Shown: piece by piece, positions 1-11,977 of the stretch
Layout of the letters: each line of letters opens with the position of its first letter
How positions within the stretch are numbered: the first letter of the stretch is position 1
NCBI GenBank assembly: GCA_003135255.1
Contig: PLAX01000180.1
Location: 1-38,248, forward strand
DNA from: Candidatus Dormiibacterota bacterium
GTDB taxonomy: Bacteria > Chloroflexota > Dormibacteria > Aeolococcales > Aeolococcaceae
Length of the DNA stretch: 38,248 nt
Direction of reading: 5' to 3'
Notes under the pieces: generated by a model
The model's database searches: none
Told to the model about the DNA's origin: nothing
The model's input: the letters and a program-made list of their open reading frames with translations, nothing else
Position numbers and translations under genes: made by a program

Positions 1-25
1 CCTGCAGGCCTTCTCGCCGCGTTGG

Positions 26-1036
26 TCAGACCAGGTCTGAGTTCCGCGGGCTGCTCCCTCGACCCCGCCACTCGAGTGTGGGGTGGCCCGCGCCGATGCG
101 CTCGAAGGCGACGGCCGCGGCGCCCACGAGTGCGGCATCGCCGCCCAGCTCACCCACCTCCACTCGGGGAAGATGGACAAGGTTGATCCTCTTGGCGAGC
201 AGAGCGCCCAGTGGCGCGAGGGCCCCCGACGCGATTCCCATGGTCCCGGAGAGGACCACGAGCTCACAGTCGACGAGCGCCACCGCGGTGGCGATCACCG
301 TCGCGAGCGCACCCAATGCGTCATTCCAAACGCGCGCCGCCGCGGCGTCTCCCGTCGTCGCCCTGGCGATGACCTCCTCGGCGAGGATCGCCTGCTTGGC
401 GGCCATGGTGTAACGGCGGGCGATGGCGGTCTCGGAAGCGAAGGTCTCGACGCACCCGCGGCCACCGCATCCGCAGATCATCCCCGCGGGGTCGAGCGAG
501 ATGTGCCCGATCTCTCCCGCGGCCCCGTGGGCCCCCCGCAGGACGCGGCCGCCACTGATGACGGCGCTGCCCACGCCCAGCCCCATCACCACGAGCAGCA
601 TGTCCGACACATTGCGGCCGACTCCCGTCGCGTACTCGGCGAGGGCGCCGGCGGTGGCGTCGTGGACGAGGAAGACGGGTAGCCTCAACCGGTCCTGGAG
701 GATCCGACCCAACTCCACGTCCTGCAGTTTCAGGTTCGGGCTGCGGTAGACGACCCCGCGGGCCTCGTCGACAAGCCCTGGCACTGCGAGCCCCAAGGCC
801 GACGCCGGTGCGCCATCCCGCTGGGCCACGTCCGCAAGCCGGCTCGCCATCGTGATCAGGGCCTCGATCAGGTCCTCCTGACTGGTCCGGGGCGTGACGG
901 CCTCCTTCCCCGCGACACGGGACCCGGTGCCGTCGACCAGTGCCCCCCGGATGCCTCTTCCGAAGGTGCCCCCGACATCGATGCCGATGACCCGGCTGTT
1001 GCGATCCAATCCCATGGTGTTCCCAGCATGCGCCAC
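26..1036 (-). CDS. ROK-family sugar kinase (glucokinase-like; no N-terminal HTH domain)
   Basis: 336-aa ORF. It has an N-terminal VIGIDVGGT ATP-binding motif and the ROK zinc/Cys signature GHISLDPAGMICGCGGRGCVETFAS. An alternative ATG lies at 1015. Confidence 0.85.
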   Translation of the reverse strand: MAHAGNTMGLDRNSRVIGIDVGGTFGRGIRGALVDGTGSRVAGKEAVTPRTSQEDLIEALITMASRLADVAQRDGAPASALGLAVPGLVDEARGVVYRSPNLKLQDVELGRILQDRLRLPVFLVHDATAGALAEYATGVGRNVSDMLLVVMGLGVGSAVISGGRVLRGAHGAAGEIGHISLDPAGMICGCGGRGCVETFASETAIARRYTMAAKQAILAEEVIARATTGDAAAARVWNDALGALATVIATAVALVDCELVVLSGTMGIASGALAPLGALLAKRINLVHLPRVEVGELGGDAALVGAAAVAFERIGAGHPTLEWRGRGSSPRNSDLV

Positions 1037-1218
1037 TCGCCGTTGCCCCGGCCACGGCGGGTGACGGCGTTACCGCATCATCACCCGTCCGTCAAACTCC
1101 GTTGGGGGGTAACCCAGGCCCGCCAACAGCTATTCGAGACCTTGCCGAAAATGCCATTCATGACGTGAACACGATGGCGGCGGTTGTTGCAAGGCCGTCC
1201 AGGGTGTGATCTGGCTGC

Positions 1219-2613
1219 TCACCCAGCCATGCCCTCGAGTTCCTGGCAGGACGCGGCCACCTGGGCCACGAGTGCGCCGTTAGCGCCCAGACCAGGCTCG
1301 AGAGCATCGAGGATGGCTCGCGCCGCCCGGTATCGCTCGTCCGCGGCCAGGGGGATGAGCTCCCCAGCACGGGGGTCGCTGATCTCGACGTCGGAGCCGC
1401 GGAGATGGGCAAGCCAGGCGCCGATGATCCGCCCGGCCCCCGGTGGGGCGGGCTCTCCCGCCTCCCGGTAGCGGTGGACGACAGGGACCACCCGCTGGAC
1501 GAGCTTCTGCGATCCGTCCCGGGCGATCAGGCTCAGGGTGTGGCTGATCCGCGGGTTGCCCCAGCGAGCGAGCAGCGCGGTGCGGTAGCCGGCCACCTCG
1601 TCGCCGGGGAGCCCGAGGACAGGGGTGACGCCGTCCCACCACTCCTCCAGCCATCCCCGGCACCGCGGGTCGGCCAGGGCCTCGGCGATGGTGGCGTGGC
1701 CCAGCACGGAGCCCGTGTAGGCGAGCAGGGAGTGGCCACCGTTCAGGAGGCACAGCTTCCGCTCCGCAAACGGCCTGACGTCGCTCACGAAGCGAGCGCC
1801 GGCACTCTCCCAGGCGGGCCGCCCAGCCGGGAAGTCTCCGGAGAGCACCCACTCGCTGAAGGGTTCGGTCACCACGGCGCAGCGGTCCTCGCGGCCGGTG
1901 GCCCGCTCCGCCGACGCAAGGTCGGCTGCAGTGGTGGCAGGAGTTATCCGGTCAACGACCGTGGAGACGAACGAGACGCTCGCCGAGATCCAGTCGTCCA
2001 GATGGTGGTACGCCGCCCGGCACATCTCGAGGACCACGGCACGGGTCGCGTCGCCGTTGCCCAGGAGGTTGTCGCAGGGGACGATGGTGATCGGTCCGCC
2101 GTCCGCGATCCGGCGGGCCGCGAGGCCGGACACGAGCCGCCCCGGCATGGTGCGGACCGGGGACACCGGATGGGCGCTCGTCGCGCGCAGACGCTCGATG
2201 TCGGCGGCGACCTCCGGGTGACCGAGATCGAGGTGCCCAGCGCCGTCCAGGTGGTATCCGGCCTCGGTGACCGTCATCGTCACCAGGGCCACCTGCGGCG
2301 ACGCGAAGTACTCCGCCCAGGCTCCGGCATCGTCACCGTCGTGCGCTGCGCTGATGCTGGCGATCACCTCTAACCGGTCGCGCTCGGGGCCGCGCTCCAC
2401 CAGCGTGTAGAGACCGTCCTGTGCCTGCAGCAGCTTCGCGGCCCCGGGGCTCCGACCGGTGAAAGCGGCGATTCCCCATGGCTCCGCGTCCGCGGCGTGC
2501 TCCGTGTACCAGGCCTGGTGAGAGCGATGGAACGCACCCAGGCCGAGATGCACGGCGCGGACCGGCCGGGGCTGGCGGGCCGCCGGCCAGCTCCGGCGAT
2601 CAAGCCGGGTCAA
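1219..2613 (-). CDS. uxuB: Long-chain mannitol dehydrogenase family oxidoreductase, probably fructuronate reductase (D-mannonate oxidoreductase)
   Basis: 464 aa. The N-terminal motif VHLGLGAFHRSHQAWY is typical of the mannitol dehydrogenase family. The TTG start overlaps the uxaC stop (TTGA). The gene sits next to uxaC, manD and kdgK. Confidence 0.75.
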   Translation of the reverse strand: MTRLDRRSWPAARQPRPVRAVHLGLGAFHRSHQAWYTEHAADAEPWGIAAFTGRSPGAAKLLQAQDGLYTLVERGPERDRLEVIASISAAHDGDDAGAWAEYFASPQVALVTMTVTEAGYHLDGAGHLDLGHPEVAADIERLRATSAHPVSPVRTMPGRLVSGLAARRIADGGPITIVPCDNLLGNGDATRAVVLEMCRAAYHHLDDWISASVSFVSTVVDRITPATTAADLASAERATGREDRCAVVTEPFSEWVLSGDFPAGRPAWESAGARFVSDVRPFAERKLCLLNGGHSLLAYTGSVLGHATIAEALADPRCRGWLEEWWDGVTPVLGLPGDEVAGYRTALLARWGNPRISHTLSLIARDGSQKLVQRVVPVVHRYREAGEPAPPGAGRIIGAWLAHLRGSDVEISDPRAGELIPLAADERYRAARAILDALEPGLGANGALVAQVAASCQELEGMAG

Positions 2614-4025
2614 AAGCGGAAGACCTCACGCGGAAGCCGGTGGGCCAGGTCGATGGCGGTCTCCACCGCCTCGTCCTCGTCCAGCCGATGCTCGACCACC
2701 AGCCGGCTCAGGTGGGCGCAGTCGATGCGGCGAGCCGTGTCGTGGCGCACCGGGATGGAGCAGAAAGCCCGGGTATCGTCGACGAATCCGCTCGTCTTGG
2801 CGAAGCCGGCCGTATCGGTGACCGCCGCCCGGAAACGGAGCATCGCGTCCGGCGTGTCGAGGAACCACCATGGAGCCCCGAGGTAGACCGACGGGTAGTA
2901 GCCGGCGAGCGGCGCCAGCTCCCGCGACCAGGTGGTCTCGTCGAGGGTGAAGAGGACGATCCGGAAGTTGGGGTGCGTTCCGTAGAGGTCGAGCAGGGGC
3001 TGAAGAGCGCGAGTGAACTCGATCGCGACCGGAATGTCGGCACCGATGTCGGTGCCGAAGTCCCGCCAGGTCGGCGGGTGGTGGTTGCGGAAGACGCCGG
3101 GGTGCAGCTGCATGACCAGCCCGTCGTCGCAGGACATCCGGGCCATCTCGCAGAGCATGTGCTGGCGGAACGTCCTCCGCTCCTCCGGACTGGCCGTGCC
3201 CCGCAGGGCTCTCGCGAAGAGCTGCGCCGCCTCGGTGGGCGCGAGGATCACGCTGCCGGCGTCAGGAGGGCCCTGGTCGGTCGCGGTGGCCCCGTGGGAG
3301 ATGAAGAAGGCACGCCGAGCCTCCAGAGCCTGGATGTAGCCGCGGTAGGCGGCGGTGTCGATGCCGGCGGCGCTGCCGAGCTGCTCGACGCGGCCGGCCC
3401 AGCCGGGCAGCGACGGATCGAGGTAGGCGTCGGGGCGGAAGGTCGGTACCACCCTGCCCTTCCAGGAGGGGTCGTCGCGCAGGCTGCGGTGGGCGGAGAG
3501 ATCGCCGCAGGGGGCGTCGGTGGTCGCCAGCACCTCCACTCCGAAGCGGTCGAAGAGGGCCCGCGGCCGGTACTCGGGGAGTGCGAAGCGCTCCATGAGG
3601 CGGTCGTAGATGAGGTCCGCGTCGGCGGCGGACGGGCGGATGGGAACGTCGAACACCTGGACCAGCGCCGCTTCGAGCCAGTAGCGGGAGGGGGTGCCTC
3701 GGAAGGCGTCCCACCGCTCACACAGCCGTCTCCAGGTCTGGCGGGGGTCGGCCACGCCGCCCTCTCCGCCGCGCCTCGGGATGCCCAGCTCGGTGAGGGG
3801 CACGCCGTGGGCGTGGAGCATGCGGGTCACGTAGTGATCCGGAGTGATGAACAGCGCCGCCGGATTGTCGAAGGGGCGGTCCTGCTGGAGGAGGACCGGG
3901 TCCACGTGCCCGTGCGGCGAGACGATCGGCAGGCCCCGCACCGTCTCGTAGAGCCGCCGGGCCACCTCGCGCCGGGCCGGTTCCGCCGGGAGCAGGCGAT
4001 CCGGGTGGAGATCGATCCTGGTCAC
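2610..4025 (-). CDS. uxaC: Glucuronate (uronate) isomerase
   Basis: The sequence HPDRLLPAEPARREVARRLYETVRGLPIVSPHGHVDP and the following region match the UxaC N-terminus. I trimmed the ORF to the GTG at 4025, which lies 5 nt after a GGGAGGAG Shine-Dalgarno. The longer track ORF (to 4169) would overlap kdgK. Confidence 0.9.
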   Translation of the reverse strand: MTRIDLHPDRLLPAEPARREVARRLYETVRGLPIVSPHGHVDPVLLQQDRPFDNPAALFITPDHYVTRMLHAHGVPLTELGIPRRGGEGGVADPRQTWRRLCERWDAFRGTPSRYWLEAALVQVFDVPIRPSAADADLIYDRLMERFALPEYRPRALFDRFGVEVLATTDAPCGDLSAHRSLRDDPSWKGRVVPTFRPDAYLDPSLPGWAGRVEQLGSAAGIDTAAYRGYIQALEARRAFFISHGATATDQGPPDAGSVILAPTEAAQLFARALRGTASPEERRTFRQHMLCEMARMSCDDGLVMQLHPGVFRNHHPPTWRDFGTDIGADIPVAIEFTRALQPLLDLYGTHPNFRIVLFTLDETTWSRELAPLAGYYPSVYLGAPWWFLDTPDAMLRFRAAVTDTAGFAKTSGFVDDTRAFCSIPVRHDTARRIDCAHLSRLVVEHRLDEDEAVETAIDLAHRLPREVFRF

Positions 4026-4060
4026 AGAAGCTCCTCCCTGGGTGGCGGGGGTCCCGCCAG

Positions 4061-5143
4061 CTATCGCTGGATACGCGCGGCGCCCCCCGCCGCGACGGCG
4101 CGCACCTGGGCGAGGGTCGCCATCGTGGTGTCTCCCGGGTATCCGGTGACGAGGGCGCCGTGCGCCCATCCGAGACGCAGCGCCTGCTCGGGCGGCTCGC
4201 CCGCGAGCAGCCCGTAGATGAAGCCCGCCGCGAAACCATCGCCGCCGCCCACCCGGTCATAGACGTCCAGCTCGGCGCTGGGCGCCGCGAAGGTCTCGCC
4301 TCCGATCATGGCGACGGCGCTCCAGACATGGCGATTCGCGGAGCGGACATCACGCAGCGTGGTCGCCATCACCGCCAGGTTCGGGTACCGCTCGCGGACC
4401 CGTTCCATCAGGCCCACGAAGCCCTTCACCTCCATGCCTCCCCCGGCGCCGGGCTCGGGGCCCGAGATGCCGAGAGCCTGCTGGACGTCCTCCTCGTTGC
4501 CAAGCAGCACGTCCACGTTCTCCACGATCCGGCCGATCACCGACTGCGCCTGCGGCCGGCCGCCGTGAGTGGCCCAGAGCTTCTCCCGATAGTTGAGGTC
4601 GAAGGAGACCACGGCGCCGGCCGCCTTGGCGGCACGCATTCCCTCGATGATCAGCTCGCTCGTCGACTCGGAGAGCGCAGCGAAGAGGCCGCCCGAGTGA
4701 AACCAGCGGACACCCTCTCCGAAGATCCCGGCCCAGTCGAAGTCACCGGGACCGAGGAGGGCGGCGGCCTCGCCCGCCCGGTTGTAGAAGACGACGGGCG
4801 GCCGGATGCCGAAGCCGCGATCGCTGTACACGGTGGCGATGTTGGGACCGCGCACCCCGTCGTGCGGGGACCAGCGGTAGATGCCCCGGACGCCCATGGC
4901 GCGCACCCGTTCGGCGACCAGCTGGCCGATCGGATAGTCGACACAGGCGGAGGCGACGGCGGTCCGCAGACCGAAGCAGCTGGCCAGGTTGGCTGCCACG
5001 TTGTACTCCGCGCCGCTCACGTGAATGCGGCACTCGGTGGCCTTCTGGAAGGGGACGTCACCGGGATCCAGACGGATCACCAGCGCCCCGAGCGAGAGGA
5101 AGTCCAGCGCTCCGGAGGGCGGAATCTCGAGGCGGGGCGTCAC
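4061..5143 (-). CDS. kdgK: 2-dehydro-3-deoxygluconokinase (PfkB-family sugar kinase)
   Basis: 360 aa. The N-terminus has PfkB ribokinase-like features ([27 protein letters not shown]). The C-terminal anion-hole region is [16 protein letters not shown]. The GTG start overlaps the manD stop (GTGA). Confidence 0.8.
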   Translation of the reverse strand: MTPRLEIPPSGALDFLSLGALVIRLDPGDVPFQKATECRIHVSGAEYNVAANLASCFGLRTAVASACVDYPIGQLVAERVRAMGVRGIYRWSPHDGVRGPNIATVYSDRGFGIRPPVVFYNRAGEAAALLGPGDFDWAGIFGEGVRWFHSGGLFAALSESTSELIIEGMRAAKAAGAVVSFDLNYREKLWATHGGRPQAQSVIGRIVENVDVLLGNEEDVQQALGISGPEPGAGGGMEVKGFVGLMERVRERYPNLAVMATTLRDVRSANRHVWSAVAMIGGETFAAPSAELDVYDRVGGGDGFAAGFIYGLLAGEPPEQALRLGWAHGALVTGYPGDTTMATLAQVRAVAAGGAARIQR

Positions 5144-6360
5144 CAGCTGTGCACCGTGCCGTCGACGAGACGGTTGGTCGGCAGGTAGGCGCGCTGGTAC
5201 GGGTACCGCGCGGCCAGCTCCTCGTCGATGTCGACCCCGAGGCCGGGCTCCTCGCCGGGATGCAGGTAGCCGTCCGCGAAGCGGTAGGAGTGCGGGAATA
5301 CCTCGTCGGTCTCCGCGGAGTGCCGCATGTACTCCTGGATGCCGAAGTTGGGGATGGAGATGTCGAGGTGCAGGGCGGCGGCGAGGCAGACGGGGGAGAG
5401 ATCGTTGGCCCCGTGGGAGCCGCTGCGGACGTGGTAGAGCTCGGCGAGCTGGAAGATGCGCCGGAGGTGGGTGATCCCACCGGCGTGGACGACGTCGGCG
5501 CGGATGTAGTCGATGAGCTGCTCGGTGATGAGCTGCTGGCAGTCCCAGATGGAGTTGAAGACCTCACCCACCGCAAGCGGCGTCGTGGTGTGCTGCCGGA
5601 TGATCCGGAAGCCCTCCTGCAGCTCCGCCGGCACCAGGTCCTCGAGCCAGAACAGCTGGTACTCCTCGACCCGCCGCCCCAGCCGGGCGGCCTCGATCGG
5701 GGTCAGCCGGTGGTGGGCGTCGTGGAGGAGCGCAAAGTCGAAACCGAACCGCTCCCGGACCGCCTCGAAGAGCGCGGGTATCTGGTGCAGGTAGCGCGCG
5801 GTGGACCAGTCCGACCCCTCGGCCGTGGTCGCGGCCGCGGGCACGTACCCGGACTCGCGGTGCGCGGTGTCAGGGCTCACCCCGTAGATCGAGCTGATCC
5901 CCTGGATGCCCACCTGCACGCGGACCGCGCGGTATCCGAGGTCCAGGAAACGGGCCACCTCGTCGAGCACCTCGGGCACGGTCTCGCCGTTGGCGTGCCC
6001 GTAGACGGTGACGCCGTCGCGGCTCCGGCCGCCCAGCAGCTGGTACACGGGCAGGCCGGCCACCTTGCCCTTGATGTCCCAGAGGGCCGTGTCGACGGCC
6101 GCGATCGCGGTCATGGTGACCGGGCCGCGGCGCCAGTAGCCGCCCTTGTAGAGGAACTGCCAGGTGTCCTCGATGCGGGACGCGTCCCGGCCGAGGAGCA
6201 GCGGGCAGACGTGGTCGGTGAGGTAGCTGGCCACGGCGAGCTCGCGCCCGTTGAGGGTGGCATCGCCGACCCCGGTGATGCCCTCGTCCGTGGTGAGCTT
6301 CAGGGTCACGAAGTTGCGCCCCGGGCACGTGATGATGACCTTGGCGTCGATGATCTTCAC
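5140..6360 (-). CDS. manD: D-mannonate dehydratase, enolase-superfamily type (ManD)
   Basis: 406 aa. The N-terminus [51 protein letters not shown]...YWRRGPV is the characteristic ManD sequence. The GTG start is preceded by AGGGGTG. Confidence 0.9.
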   Translation of the reverse strand: MKIIDAKVIITCPGRNFVTLKLTTDEGITGVGDATLNGRELAVASYLTDHVCPLLLGRDASRIEDTWQFLYKGGYWRRGPVTMTAIAAVDTALWDIKGKVAGLPVYQLLGGRSRDGVTVYGHANGETVPEVLDEVARFLDLGYRAVRVQVGIQGISSIYGVSPDTAHRESGYVPAAATTAEGSDWSTARYLHQIPALFEAVRERFGFDFALLHDAHHRLTPIEAARLGRRVEEYQLFWLEDLVPAELQEGFRIIRQHTTTPLAVGEVFNSIWDCQQLITEQLIDYIRADVVHAGGITHLRRIFQLAELYHVRSGSHGANDLSPVCLAAALHLDISIPNFGIQEYMRHSAETDEVFPHSYRFADGYLHPGEEPGLGVDIDEELAARYPYQRAYLPTNRLVDGTVHSW

Positions 6361-6478
6361 ACTGTCACCCCTGTCGCCCTCATGGCCGGATCTGGCCCAT
6401 CATAGGGAGGCGTGGGGTGGCGCGCATGTCACGTTCCCACCCCGCCAGCAACTGGATGTCGCCGGCGAGCACCTCGAT

Positions 6479-7147
6479 TCAGAGGGGGGGACCTCCCGGG
6501 TAACCGGCCATCGGTCCTGGAAAGGCCGCCTCAGCCCGCGCTTCCAGGCGGGCGGAGTGCCGGCGCAGCAGGAGCAGGCCGGCCACCACGAGAGCGGCGG
6601 CTGCGAGGCCGAGGCCGGCCGCGAGCCACCCGCTGAGGCTGAGGAGCGCGCTGCTCGCCGCGTAGGCCGCGAGCCCGTAGGCCGTGGCCCAGACCACGCT
6701 GCCGGCCGCATTGAAGAAGAGGAAGGCGAGCGGTGGCATCCGGCCCGCGCCGGCCAGCACCCCGGCGAAGCTGCGCAGCACGAGGACGAACCGGCCCAGG
6801 AAGACGACCTTCCCGCCGTCACGCTGAAAGAGGTAGTGGGTCACCTTGACCTGGGGCTGGCCGAGGCCGACGCGCGCGCCGTAACGGATCAGGAGGCGGT
6901 ATCCCCCCCACCAGCCAACGGCGTAGCCGAGGCTGCCCCCGACGATGGGCCCGGCCGCGGCCGCCGCGATGACCCCGCCGATGGCGAGGTGCAGCTTCGC
7001 CGCGAGGGCGGCGGCCGTGAGCAGCGCCGTCTCGCCGGGAAGGAAGGGCACGCAGAGGCTCTCGAGCCCGGCGAGCAGGAATACCGCCAGGTAGCCCCAA
7101 TGCTGGACAAATCCAGACGCGAACCCGGTCAGCGAGGCCAACAGCAC
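6479..7147 (-). CDS. DedA/SNARE-associated family membrane protein
   Basis: 222 aa and hydrophobic. It carries the DedA core motif GYLAVFLLAGLESLCVPFLPGETALLTAAALAA. GTG start. Confidence 0.8.
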   Translation of the reverse strand: MLLASLTGFASGFVQHWGYLAVFLLAGLESLCVPFLPGETALLTAAALAAKLHLAIGGVIAAAAAGPIVGGSLGYAVGWWGGYRLLIRYGARVGLGQPQVKVTHYLFQRDGGKVVFLGRFVLVLRSFAGVLAGAGRMPPLAFLFFNAAGSVVWATAYGLAAYAASSALLSLSGWLAAGLGLAAAALVVAGLLLLRRHSARLEARAEAAFPGPMAGYPGGPPL

Positions 7148-7228
7148 AGCCGGACAATGATGCGTGGGCCAGGGTCTCCGGGGGTGGCCGCGGGGAAGAT
7201 CGCTGCCGGGTCCCTCTCTTCCGTGATC

Positions 7229-7268
7229 TATTTCGTCACGAATATTTCGTCACGAAAGACTTCGTGAA
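7229..7268. promoter_or_regulatory. AT-rich operator/promoter-like island with a perfect tandem 14-bp repeat
   Basis: TATTTCGTCACGAA occurs twice in perfect tandem (7229-7242 and 7243-7256). Each copy contains the near-palindrome TTCGT-C-ACGAA. A third partial copy, TTCGTGAA, lies at 7261-7268. The island is upstream of dedA on the minus strand. Possible -35 TGACGA and -10 TAGATC elements on the minus strand overlap the repeats. Confidence 0.45.
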
Positions 7269-7281
7269 AAACAGATGACCC

Positions 7282-7299
7282 GCCCCGTCCGGACGGGGC
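7282..7299 (-). terminator. Putative intrinsic terminator downstream of glgX
   Basis: A perfect 18-nt palindrome, GCCCCGTCCGGACGGGGC, lies 18 nt after the glgX stop. On the minus strand a TTTTT run follows, but only after a 10-nt spacer, so the terminator is atypical. Confidence 0.45.
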
Positions 7300-7316
7300 C
7301 ACTCCGGCTGGCCCGG

Positions 7317-9533
<2,217 letters not shown>

Positions 9534-9647
9534 GCGGGCGACTCCAGCTGGGGATCGGCTCCCCTCGGGACGGCGCCAGCTCGCAACCGCCTCCGGCGGC
9601 CCACGATACCGTCTCCTCGTACCGATCCGAGGCGATGATACGGGTCC

Positions 9648-11537
9648 ATGACCGCGCCGAGCCCCAGAGCCTGGGGCCTCCTGCCCCACCACGTCAGCAC
9701 CGGCGGCGGCGGCAGCAGCGGCAGCAGCGCGTCCGCGGAGACCGTCGACCTTCTGCTCGCCGCCCTCGGCGCCGATCGCCGCCGCCCCGATCGGGACGGC
9801 GACCGGCCGCTGGTCGTCGTCCAGGGAGAGTGTCCGCGGGCAGGCCGCGCAGGGGAGGGGACCGCGGCGGCGCCGTCGGAGGTCGAGCTCGAGGACGGCT
9901 CCACGCGGGCCTGCGGCGAGCGGCTGCCCGCCGACCTCCCGCTCGGGTACCACCGCCTCCACGCGGGGGGCCGGAGCCGCCTCCTGGTGGTGACCCCGCC
10001 CCGCTGCCACCACCCCGCCGCGCGGGGCTTCGGCTTCGCGGTCCAGCTCTATGCGACCCGCTCGGCGGCAAGCTGGGGTATCGGGGACCTCACCGACCTC
10101 GCCGGGCTGGCCGGCTGGGCGGCGGGGCTCGGAGCCGCGACGCTGCTGGTCAACCCGCTCCACGCCGGGCTGCCCCTCCTCCCCATCGAGCCCAGCCCGT
10201 ACTTCCCCACCAGCCGGCTCTTCCTCGATCCGCTCTACCTGCGCCCCGAGGGCGGCGACACGGGCGTCAGCGACCTGGCGGCAGCCGCCCGCCTGCTGAA
10301 CCACGAGCGCCGGATCGATCGCGACCAGGTCGCCCTGCTCAAGATGTCCGCCCTCGAGCGGGAGTTCATCGACACCGCCCACCCGGGCGAGGTGGAGGCG
10401 GCGCTGGAGGCGCGGCCGCGCCTCCACGACTTCGGCCTCTTCTGCGCCCTGGCGGAGCGCCACGGGAAGGACTGGCGTGATTGGCCGCGCCCGCTGGCGC
10501 GGCGCGACCCCGCGGCGATCCGGGCCGCGGCGGCGGAGCTGGCGGGGCGGGTGCGGTTCCACGCGTGGGTGCAGCTGCAATTGGACCGTCAGCTGGAAGA
10601 GGCTGGCGCTGCCCTCCCGCTGATCCGCGATCTCGCCGTGGGCTTCCATCCGGGGGGCGCCGACGCCTGGCTCTGGCAGGATCTGGTCGTCCCCGGGGTG
10701 ACGGTGGGAGCCCCTCCGGACGCCTTCAACTCGCGCGGTCAGGATTGGGGCATCCCGGCCTTCGATCCTTGGAGGCTGCGGGCGGCCGGGTACGCCCCCT
10801 TCATCGAGACGCTTCGGGCCAACCTCCACGAGGGAGCCGGCCTGCGCATCGACCACGTGATGGGGCTGCAGCGGCTCTGGTGCATCCCGGCCGGGGGAGG
10901 GCCGGCCGACGGCTGCTACCTCGGATACCCCGCCGACGACCTGCTCGGCATCGTCGCCCTCGAGTCGGTCCGCCACCGGGCGACGGTGATCGGCGAGGAC
11001 CTGGGGACAGTCCCCGCCGGATTCCGCTCGCGGCTGCGCCGGCGGGGGCTCCTCAGCTACGTGGTGCTCCTCTTCGAGGACCGCCCCCCCGCGCGCTGGC
11101 CGCGCCAGGCGCTGGCGACGGTGACCACCCACGACCTGCCCACCGTCACCGGTCTCTGGGACGGCAGCGACCTGCAGGCGAGGCGCCGGCGCGGGCTGCC
11201 CGCCAGCGCCTCCGACACCGAGGAGCTGGTGCAGCGCATCCGCCAGGATGGGGGACCGGCCCGCGACGCGGAGAGCTCGGCCGCGGTGGTGCATGCCCAC
11301 CGGCGCCTGGCCGGCTCGCGCTGCACCCTGCTCGCCGCCACCCTCGAGGACGTGGCCGAGGTCCAGGAGCGACCGAATCAGCCGGGCAGCGCGGGCGAGA
11401 GCCCGAATTGGTCCTTGGCGCTGCCCGTGCCCCGTGAACGCCTGCAGGAGCTCCCCATGGCCCGGCAGCTGGCCGGCATATTGGCTCGCAAACCGGTGGG
11501 CCGGCGGCGCCCAGCGGGCAGAGAGCAGGGAGTTTGA
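9648..11537 (+). CDS. malQ: 4-alpha-glucanotransferase (amylomaltase) with an N-terminal extension
   Basis: 629 aa. GH77 motifs seen include QLYATRSAASWGIGDLTDL, LVNPLHA, SPYFPTSRLFLDPLY, GQDWGIPAFDP, LRIDHVMGL, VIGEDLGTVP and TTHDLPT. The first ~130 aa precede the GH77 core, as in long actinobacterial-type MalQ. Confidence 0.9.
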   Translation: MTAPSPRAWGLLPHHVSTGGGGSSGSSASAETVDLLLAALGADRRRPDRDGDRPLVVVQGECPRAGRAGEGTAAAPSEVELEDGSTRACGERLPADLPLGYHRLHAGGRSRLLVVTPPRCHHPAARGFGFAVQLYATRSAASWGIGDLTDLAGLAGWAAGLGAATLLVNPLHAGLPLLPIEPSPYFPTSRLFLDPLYLRPEGGDTGVSDLAAAARLLNHERRIDRDQVALLKMSALEREFIDTAHPGEVEAALEARPRLHDFGLFCALAERHGKDWRDWPRPLARRDPAAIRAAAAELAGRVRFHAWVQLQLDRQLEEAGAALPLIRDLAVGFHPGGADAWLWQDLVVPGVTVGAPPDAFNSRGQDWGIPAFDPWRLRAAGYAPFIETLRANLHEGAGLRIDHVMGLQRLWCIPAGGGPADGCYLGYPADDLLGIVALESVRHRATVIGEDLGTVPAGFRSRLRRRGLLSYVVLLFEDRPPARWPRQALATVTTHDLPTVTGLWDGSDLQARRRRGLPASASDTEELVQRIRQDGGPARDAESSAAVVHAHRRLAGSRCTLLAATLEDVAEVQERPNQPGSAGESPNWSLALPVPRERLQELPMARQLAGILARKPVGRRRPAGREQGV

Positions 11538-11563
11538 TCTCCCCTGAACGAGCCTGGCCGACG

Positions 11564-11572
11564 TGATATAGT
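11564..11572 (+). promoter_or_regulatory. Candidate extended -10 promoter element (TGATATAGT)
   Basis: TGnTATAGT matches the extended -10 consensus TGnTATAAT with one mismatch. It sits in a locally AT-rich patch 46 nt upstream of the small ORF start at 11618. No convincing -35 element. Confidence 0.35.
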
Positions 11573-11617
11573 TGACGGAGCAACTGGGCCGAGGATGCCC
11601 GAACGGAGAGTCCCACG

Positions 11618-11851
11618 TTGACCACAGCGGTGAAGCAGGCTTCGACACGCATCGATATCGAGCTGTTCCAGTGCGCCAAGGCGGAGGCACGCCGCCTGCA
11701 CCGGCCCGTCTACATCGCGGGCGGTGAGATCCACGCCGAACGTCCCCCGCGGACCACGGCGATGGTGTGGCCGAACGGCAGCGTCACCTGGGGCAACCCC
11801 CAGGCCGCCAGCAAGCAGATCGACCGGCGCCACCTCCCCCCCGCCGCCTGA
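11618..11851 (+). CDS. Small hypothetical protein (77 aa)
   Basis: The TTG start lies 7 nt after GGAGAG. Third codon positions are strongly G/C-biased, typical of real genes in this window. No family recognised. The N-terminal TRIDIELFQCAKAEARRL is vaguely ribbon-helix-helix-like. Confidence 0.45.
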   Translation: MTTAVKQASTRIDIELFQCAKAEARRLHRPVYIAGGEIHAERPPRTTAMVWPNGSVTWGNPQAASKQIDRRHLPPAA

Positions 11852-11977
11852 GGCGCGCGCTGGAGCCCCAGGGGGCCGGCTGCGGCCGCCGATCGCGGAT
11901 CCTGGGCGCGGCGAACGCGGTCGGTAAGATCTGGTCGCGATGATGCGCGATCCCCCGCGCCTGCGCGCGGCACGCCG

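Noticed and set aside
6361-6478. Imperfect inverted repeat (CCCTCATGGCC...GGCCCATCATAGGG) and GGGGTGG/CCACCCC hairpin between dedA and manD, considered as an operator or terminator
   Set aside because: The arms are short and imperfect, and there is no T-tract. I could not distinguish the pattern from chance complementarity in GC-rich sequence. It is worth a look only if a uronate regulator motif is defined elsewhere.
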